Positions 23,837-29,069 of a stretch of 29,069 nt of DNA are shown here, piece after piece. Below the pieces are notes generated by a model. It worked only from the letters and a program-made list of their open reading frames with translations, did no database searches and was not told the origin of the DNA. The position numbers and the translations under genes were made by a program. Origin of the DNA: Candidatus Micrarchaeota archaeon. GTDB lineage: Archaea > Micrarchaeota > Micrarchaeia > Norongarragalinales > SBBD01. The stretch is from positions 1 through 29,069 of the forward strand of contig JBDRLB010000020.1 of the NCBI GenBank assembly GCA_043813365.1. Reading direction: 5' to 3'. Numbering within the stretch: position 1 is the stretch's first letter; every line of letters begins with the position of its first letter.

Positions 23837-25927
23837 ATGGGAAAGGAAATTCGCGACAAGTGCGGCGTGCTCGCGATATATTCAGAGAAGGGCGATTCGG
23901 CTGAAGTGCCCTATGACATATACAACGGCCTGATCGCACTCCAGCACCGGGGCCAGGAGTCGGGCGGTATTTCCGTAATTTCTGAAGGGAAAATCGCAAC
24001 CAAGAAGGGCATGGGGCTTGTGACGGACATTTTCACTACTGAGGACATCGAAAAGCTTACCGGAAGGGCGGGCATAGGGCATGTGCGCTATTCCACAACC
24101 GGAAGCTCCACCATCGAGAATGCACAGCCCTTGCTTTACAGGGACAAGGAGCTCGAGATTGCGATTTCGTTCAACGGCAACATCGTGAATTACGAGGAGC
24201 TCAAGCAGCATTTCGAGAATTTGCACCAGATGCCCTTCTCCTGCTCTGCGGATACCGAGCTGATTTTGAAGATGTTCGCAGCGGAATTAAGGAAGGAAAT
24301 GAAGGACGGCAAGGAAAAGCCGCACAACGTTTCCGAATTGCTCCTGCAGAACGAGAAGCCGGAATTCAAGCCGTACTTCAAGGCGATGTATTCCATAATG
24401 AAGCAGCTGGAGGGCGCATATTCGCTCGCGCTGCTTCTCAATGATGGCACCCTAATTGCGGCAAGGGACCCGAAGGGGTTCAAGCCTTTCTCCATAGGCA
24501 GGAAGAAAACGCTTTTAAGCGACACAATTTTCATCGCAAGCGAAACAGCCGGGCTTGATGCACTTGATGCCCAATTCGACAGGGACATACGGCCCGGCGA
24601 AATTGTCGTGATAAGGAACAACGAGGTGCGCACGCAAGTTCTTTTCCACGAGAGGCATTCGCACTGCATGTTCGAATGGGTGTACTTCTCCCGAACGGAT
24701 TCCATAATTGAGGACCGCCCTGTTTACGATGTGCGCGTAAGGTTGGGAGAAGAGTTGGCGAAGGCGTTCAAGCATGAGATTGATGTTGTTATTCCCATCC
24801 CGGATTCCGGCCGCTCGGCTGCAAGGGGGTTTGCCCGCATGGCTGCAGTGCCGATGGAGGAGGGGCTCATAAAGAACCGTTACATACACCGCACATTCAT
24901 AATGCCCGCTAATGACAGGCGCAAAGCGCTTCTCAAGCTGAAGCTGAACCCCGTCAGGAGCGTAATAGAGGGGAAGAGGATTGCGGTTGTTGATGACAGC
25001 ATAATACGCGGGAACACGATGAAGCGGCTCGTGAAGATGCTCCGCGACAACGGTGCGAAAGAGGTGCACCTTCTCGTAAGCTGCCCGCCTGTGATTTCGC
25101 CGTGCTACATGGGAATCGATTTCCCAACCTACAAGGAATTGATCGCCTCCAGCAGGACAATAACGCAAATAGCTGAAGATCTCGGAGCGGATTCGGTCAC
25201 ATACAATGATGTTGATGCGCTTGCACGCGCTCTTGCGCTTTCAGACGGGGACAGCTGCATGGCGTGCCTTACTGGGGTTTACCCGACCCCAAAAATCCAC
25301 GATTATGCGCAGCAGATGAAAAACCGCGGGGAAAGAAAGCCTTACACAATTGCGGTCCTTGCATCGGGAAGGGGCACCAATCTCCAGAGCGTCATTGATA
25401 ATGTTGAGAACAAGAAGCTTGATGCCCGCGTTGCGCTTGTGGTTTCCGACAAGCAGGGTGCGCAGGCGCTTAAAAGAGCGGAAAAGCACGGAATCGAATC
25501 CCTCCATATCGACCCGAAGAAATTCCCTTCAAAGGAGGAGTATGAAAAGGAAATGCTGAAGCACCTGAAGGAAAAGCAGGTTGATTTGATTGTTCTCGCA
25601 GGGTACACGCGCATTGTCGGGAAAACCCTTCTGGACAGATACCGCGACCGCATCATCAACATCCATCCCACATTGCTCCCGAAATTCAAGGGATGCATGG
25701 GGCTCGAATGCCATAAGAAAGTGATCGAGGCGGGAGAGCTTGAAACCGGCTGCACCGTTCACCTTGTAACGGAGCAGGTTGACGGCGGCCCCATAATCGG
25801 GCAGAGGAAAGTGCCTGTTATGAAGGGCGATACTCCTGAAATGCTTTCCGAACGCATCCTGCAGGAAGAGCACATATTGCTGCCTGAAGTGATAGGGATG
25901 TTTGTGAGGGGAAAGCACGGCTGCTGA
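23837..25927 (+). CDS. purF: Bifunctional amidophosphoribosyltransferase / phosphoribosylglycinamide formyltransferase (PurF-PurN fusion)
   Basis: PurF part: DK|CG, LQHRGQE, GHVRYST, CMFEWVYF, VVDDSIIRGNT, PCYMGID, CMAC. In-frame PurN part from about 25343: IAVLASGRGTNLQ, LAGY, NIHPTLLP, TGCTVH, VDGGPII. Confidence 0.93.
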   Translation: MGKEIRDKCGVLAIYSEKGDSAEVPYDIYNGLIALQHRGQESGGISVISEGKIATKKGMGLVTDIFTTEDIEKLTGRAGIGHVRYSTTGSSTIENAQPLLYRDKELEIAISFNGNIVNYEELKQHFENLHQMPFSCSADTELILKMFAAELRKEMKDGKEKPHNVSELLLQNEKPEFKPYFKAMYSIMKQLEGAYSLALLLNDGTLIAARDPKGFKPFSIGRKKTLLSDTIFIASETAGLDALDAQFDRDIRPGEIVVIRNNEVRTQVLFHERHSHCMFEWVYFSRTDSIIEDRPVYDVRVRLGEELAKAFKHEIDVVIPIPDSGRSAARGFARMAAVPMEEGLIKNRYIHRTFIMPANDRRKALLKLKLNPVRSVIEGKRIAVVDDSIIRGNTMKRLVKMLRDNGAKEVHLLVSCPPVISPCYMGIDFPTYKELIASSRTITQIAEDLGADSVTYNDVDALARALALSDGDSCMACLTGVYPTPKIHDYAQQMKNRGERKPYTIAVLASGRGTNLQSVIDNVENKKLDARVALVVSDKQGAQALKRAEKHGIESLHIDPKKFPSKEEYEKEMLKHLKEKQVDLIVLAGYTRIVGKTLLDRYRDRIINIHPTLLPKFKGCMGLECHKKVIEAGELETGCTVHLVTEQVDGGPIIGQRKVPVMKGDTPEMLSERILQEEHILLPEVIGMFVRGKHGC

Positions 25928-25955
25928 TTATAAAAAAAGTTTTTACCCTTTCCAT

Positions 25956-26228
25956 CTATTTCGCATCAAGCACAACAAATATGAGCCCCGCAAGGAGCAG
26001 CAGTTCCGCAATCACATTGCTCAGCTGAAGCGCGAGGAAACCCACATAGCTCAATACGAAAGCAAGTTCCGCAAGTGAGAAGCAGGAGAAAAGCAGCGCG
26101 TACGCCGGCTTCTTTTGCGCAACCGCCCTGCTTGCTAGCCATAACCCGAGCATGATGCCGAATAAATGGAGGACTACATACGCCTCATTCGGAAGCAGAT
26201 TGTAAATCTCCATTCCCCAAGCGGCCAT
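25956..26228 (-). CDS. Small hypothetical membrane protein (3 TM)
   Basis: Hydrophobic 90-aa ORF 12 nt downstream of the Yip1 gene; GGTGAG SD-like motif upstream. Confidence 0.65.
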   Translation of the reverse strand: MAAWGMEIYNLLPNEAYVVLHLFGIMLGLWLASRAVAQKKPAYALLFSCFSLAELAFVLSYVGFLALQLSNVIAELLLLAGLIFVVLDAK

Positions 26229-26240
26229 ATTTGCTCACCA

Positions 26241-26861
26241 TCAGCCTCCCAGCATCGCCATCCTTGCGATTATCACTGCAACGGCTGCCGTAAGCACCGC
26301 TGCAATGAATATGATGAGAACAATGAACGGTATCAGCCAAATCAAAACTGCCCGGAGCGCTGAGAAGCCGTGCACCTCCATCAGCACCAATGTGAGCAGG
26401 TAAAGTGAGTAGAGGTTGGAAAGCGCCACCAGGAAATTCCCTAAAACGGGGACGATCTGCACGGCCGAATTGAAAATTGCCAGCGGCACCACGAAGAGCA
26501 TCGAAAGGTAATATTGCTGCTTGAATTCGCCCTTCCCTCCGAATAGTATTGAGAGAAGGTAAAAGATGCCGACTCCAATAAGGGTGATGATAACCCCTGA
26601 AATCGCATAACCCAGAGGAAGTGAAATCAGCGAAACCGCATCCATCCTCCCCTGCAACCCCATTTTCCCGACAACGATCAGGCCCGCAATCGCAAACCCG
26701 GCAGCAACAAGTTTCACCGCCTCCCATAAATCGCTGTGCGGTTTCCATTTTGAGAAATTCTCCTTCGGGTGCCTGAGCAGCTCCACGAAGAAATCGAAAT
26801 TGAATTGGGGCTGGGAATGCCTTGCCTTTTCCCTTACAGCCGCCTTTTTCCTGACTGCCAT
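26241..26861 (-). CDS. Yip1-domain membrane protein
   Basis: LLRHPKENF, ILFGGKGEFKQ, LYSLYLLTLVLMEVHGFSALRAV pattern with 5 TM segments. Confidence 0.8.
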   Translation of the reverse strand: MAVRKKAAVREKARHSQPQFNFDFFVELLRHPKENFSKWKPHSDLWEAVKLVAAGFAIAGLIVVGKMGLQGRMDAVSLISLPLGYAISGVIITLIGVGIFYLLSILFGGKGEFKQQYYLSMLFVVPLAIFNSAVQIVPVLGNFLVALSNLYSLYLLTLVLMEVHGFSALRAVLIWLIPFIVLIIFIAAVLTAAVAVIIARMAMLGG

Positions 26862-26917
26862 CTGACCACCGAATAACAAAACGGAGGGGTGATATTAATA
26901 TCTGCTGGTCATCCTGC

Positions 26918-28195
26918 TCATTCAGCAATCAAAGAAGTGACCGATGCGGACTTAATTTCAGCAGCAGCGAATTGCCCGATTTCCACCCTCCCCCCATTCC
27001 TTTTTTCCGGAATCAAAACCGCTTTGTAATTGATGCTCCTTCCCTGCATGTACCCTCCCTTCGCTTTTTCTGTAATTAGCACATCAAATCCCCTCCCCAA
27101 ATACCTGCGGTTCTGGTGCAGGGCGATTTCCTTTGCAACCTTGTTCATCAATTCAGCTCTTTCCTTTATCACTTGCGATTTAAGCTGCCTCATTCCCCAT
27201 GCGGCGGTGTTCTTCCTCCGCGAATATTTGGAGAAATTCACAACATCGAATGCGAGTTTCCAGCAGATTTCTAGGGACTCTTCAAATTCCCCTTCCGTTT
27301 CAGTAGGGAATCCGACAATCATGTCCGTTGCAAGCGTCAGGTCGGGAATCTTATTGCGGAATTCCAGCGCAACAACCTCCGCTTCTTCCACGCTGTACCC
27401 GCGCCTCATCTCCCTCAAAATCCTGCTGCTTCCAGATTGCAGCGGCAGGTGAAGGAACTTGTATACTTTGGGAAGGGAAAACGCCTCCACCCACTCATCG
27501 AGGTTTTTCAAGAGGTGCTGTGGGTTTGCCATACCCGCGCGGATGCGGAACCTGCCATCCAGCGCATTCAGCTCATTAAGCAATTCCGGCATGCTTGTTT
27601 TCAAATCAAACCCGTAGCAACCATTGTCCTGCGATGCAAGCTGCAGTTCCTTCGCGCCGTTCCTAATTGCAAGTTTCGCCTCTTCCATTATCAATGCAAG
27701 AGGTTTGCTCCTGAATTTCCCCCTCGCGATTTTCGTTGCGCAGAATGCGCAATTGCTCATGCATCCAGAGGAAACCTGTATTTTAGCCACCAATGATTTA
27801 TGGCTGGGAAGAATGCCGAATTTGGAGGAGAAATCGCCCCCCAGGAATTTGCTACCGGATGCGGTGCTGCCGCTGATGATCTCGGGGATTTTTTGGAAGG
27901 AATTCGGCCCAATGTAGCCCATCGCATGCGGAGCCGCCCTCTTCACTCCGGGGAAATTCTGAACCGGAAGGCAGCCTGCGACAATTATTTTCTTCCCTGC
28001 TCCATCAAGCTTCTTCAAATAGTGCAAAATCTTATTTTCAGTGGTTTCCTTCACGGCGCACGTGTTGACAATTATAATGTCTGCGTCATCTTCAGGAGCC
28101 AATTGATTTCCTTTATCCACTAATAACGCTTCCATCAATTCCGAGTCCGACTGGTTGAGCGTGCAGCCGTACGTCCGGATGAATAATTTTTTCAT
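26918..28195 (-). CDS. MiaB-like radical-SAM tRNA methylthiotransferase (archaeal e-MtaB/CDKAL1 type likely)
   Basis: TYGCTLN, NTCAVK, AGC (MTTase N domain); CMSNCAFC radical SAM motif; HLPLQSGS, IVGFPTET; C-terminal TRAM domain. Confidence 0.92.
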   Translation of the reverse strand: MKKLFIRTYGCTLNQSDSELMEALLVDKGNQLAPEDDADIIIVNTCAVKETTENKILHYLKKLDGAGKKIIVAGCLPVQNFPGVKRAAPHAMGYIGPNSFQKIPEIISGSTASGSKFLGGDFSSKFGILPSHKSLVAKIQVSSGCMSNCAFCATKIARGKFRSKPLALIMEEAKLAIRNGAKELQLASQDNGCYGFDLKTSMPELLNELNALDGRFRIRAGMANPQHLLKNLDEWVEAFSLPKVYKFLHLPLQSGSSRILREMRRGYSVEEAEVVALEFRNKIPDLTLATDMIVGFPTETEGEFEESLEICWKLAFDVVNFSKYSRRKNTAAWGMRQLKSQVIKERAELMNKVAKEIALHQNRRYLGRGFDVLITEKAKGGYMQGRSINYKAVLIPEKRNGGRVEIGQFAAAEIKSASVTSLIAE

Positions 28196-28279
28196 AATTA
28201 ACCTTTGGATGATTCCCTGAAAAAACGCTAAAAAATGCATTGGATTGCCAAATTCCAGAAGGCATTCCACTTCCTTCGG

Positions 28280-28669
28280 CTAGAAAACGAATATTTTCGC
28301 ATTCTTTACCTTGGCATCCCCCCTGAAAGTTGAGAACATGCGCCTAACTTCCGGTGCGGGCCCCTCGACGAAAAATATGTCGATGCAGCCGCTGCTGACC
28401 GGCGAATGCATCTGCGTGCGGATCAGGTGGTCGAACCCGTGATGCATGCCTGCTATCCTGGAATCTGAACCGGCCGAGTGGGAAGCGATGATCACGCCCG
28501 ATACGCTGCCCGTGAAGCCTTCGAGTGCCTTCGTTTCCGAATGGAGCGCTTCGAGCGCCATGCGCAGCAGCTTGGAGCGCGATTCGACGCCCAATTCGTC
28601 CATGAGCGAGGATAGCCTCGCCGACTCTCCCTTCTGCAGGGAAAAGCTGAGTATTTCGGATTTTTTCAA
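28280..28669 (-). CDS. NikR/CopG-like ribbon-helix-helix metalloregulator with C-terminal ACT-like domain
   Basis: ILSFSL..LMDELGVESRSKLLRMAL RHH motif; HHGFDHLIRTQMHS..CIDIFFVEG metal-binding-like segment; TTG start. Confidence 0.82.
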   Translation of the reverse strand: MKKSEILSFSLQKGESARLSSLMDELGVESRSKLLRMALEALHSETKALEGFTGSVSGVIIASHSAGSDSRIAGMHHGFDHLIRTQMHSPVSSGCIDIFFVEGPAPEVRRMFSTFRGDAKVKNAKIFVF

Positions 28670-28679
28670 TTTTCGTCAC

Positions 28680-28747
28680 TTATTAACTTAGCGGGAAAAA
28701 CCTTAAAGAGTTAATAATATTTAAGCCAAAGTTTATTAACTTGCGGG
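28680..28747. promoter_or_regulatory. Putative operator: three TTATTAACT half-sites in the divergent promoter
   Basis: TTATTAACT at 28680-28688, inverted AGTTAATAA at 28709-28717, TTATTAACT at 28733-28741. Both direct copies are followed by T(A)GCGGG. Confidence 0.6.
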
Positions 28748-28761
28748 CACCCATTCCGTGC

Positions 28762-29069
28762 ATGGTTTTGGAATACATCATATTTGCTACAGTCCTCGTC
28801 AGCCTTGCATCCCTTTCCGGCATCATCGTCCTCCAGATCAGGGAGAAATGGGCGAACAAGGTGCTTTTTTTCTTCGTGAGCTTCGCAGCAGGCGCTTTCC
28901 TGGGGGGCGCATTCCTTGACTTGATACCCGAATCGCTTGAGGCGGGGGATGTACGGAACACCATGCTTTCCGTCATTGCGGGCATAGTTGTTTTTTTCAT
29001 CATTGAAAAGGTTATACATTGGCACCACCACCATTCCATGCACCTGCATGAAAGCGAGAAAAAAATCCT
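28762..29069 (+). CDS. ZIP family divalent metal (Zn) transporter, 5' part, runs off the window
   Basis: MVLEYIIFATVLVSLASLSG..VSFAAGAFLGGAFLDLIPES..FFIIEKVIHWHHHH; absent from the ORF track because there is no stop in the window. Confidence 0.9.
   Translation, partial: MVLEYIIFATVLVSLASLSGIIVLQIREKWANKVLFFFVSFAAGAFLGGAFLDLIPESLEAGDVRNTMLSVIAGIVVFFIIEKVIHWHHHHSMHLHESEKKI

Noticed and set aside
28683..29049. Two minus-strand ORFs at the right edge
   Set aside because: Antisense to the ZIP transporter starting at 28762.

Overview
Archaeal chromosomal window (rpoL/rpoK, archaeal-type DtdA, CCA-less tRNA-Gly, C/D box sRNA, class III signal peptide pilins). Short intergenic spacers and the gene mix suggest a DPANN/Micrarchaeota-like host; this is inference only. 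The highlight is a compact eukaryote-like ubiquitin cluster at 368-3912: a ubiquitin-fold Ubl ending in GG, an Rpn11-like JAB protease, a winged-helix plus C4HC3 RING-variant protein, a Uba3-like E1, and two uncharacterised co-operonic ORFs. No E2 is recognisable in the window. The left edge has a probable IS200/IS605 right end and an unannotated C/D box guide RNA. Further right are dtdA, ribA, rpoL, rpoK, tRNA-Gly(CCC), a PRC-barrel protein, a CaCA antiporter, an EppA-type pilin locus, MarC, nadC, two divergent large secreted Ig/FN3-repeat proteins, an AbiE-type toxin-antitoxin pair, and purS-purQ-purL with an unusual purF-purN fusion behind a structured leader. The window ends with a Yip1 protein, a MiaB-like methylthiotransferase, and a NikR-like regulator divergent from a ZIP metal transporter. 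All calls come from reading motifs by eye; no searches were run.
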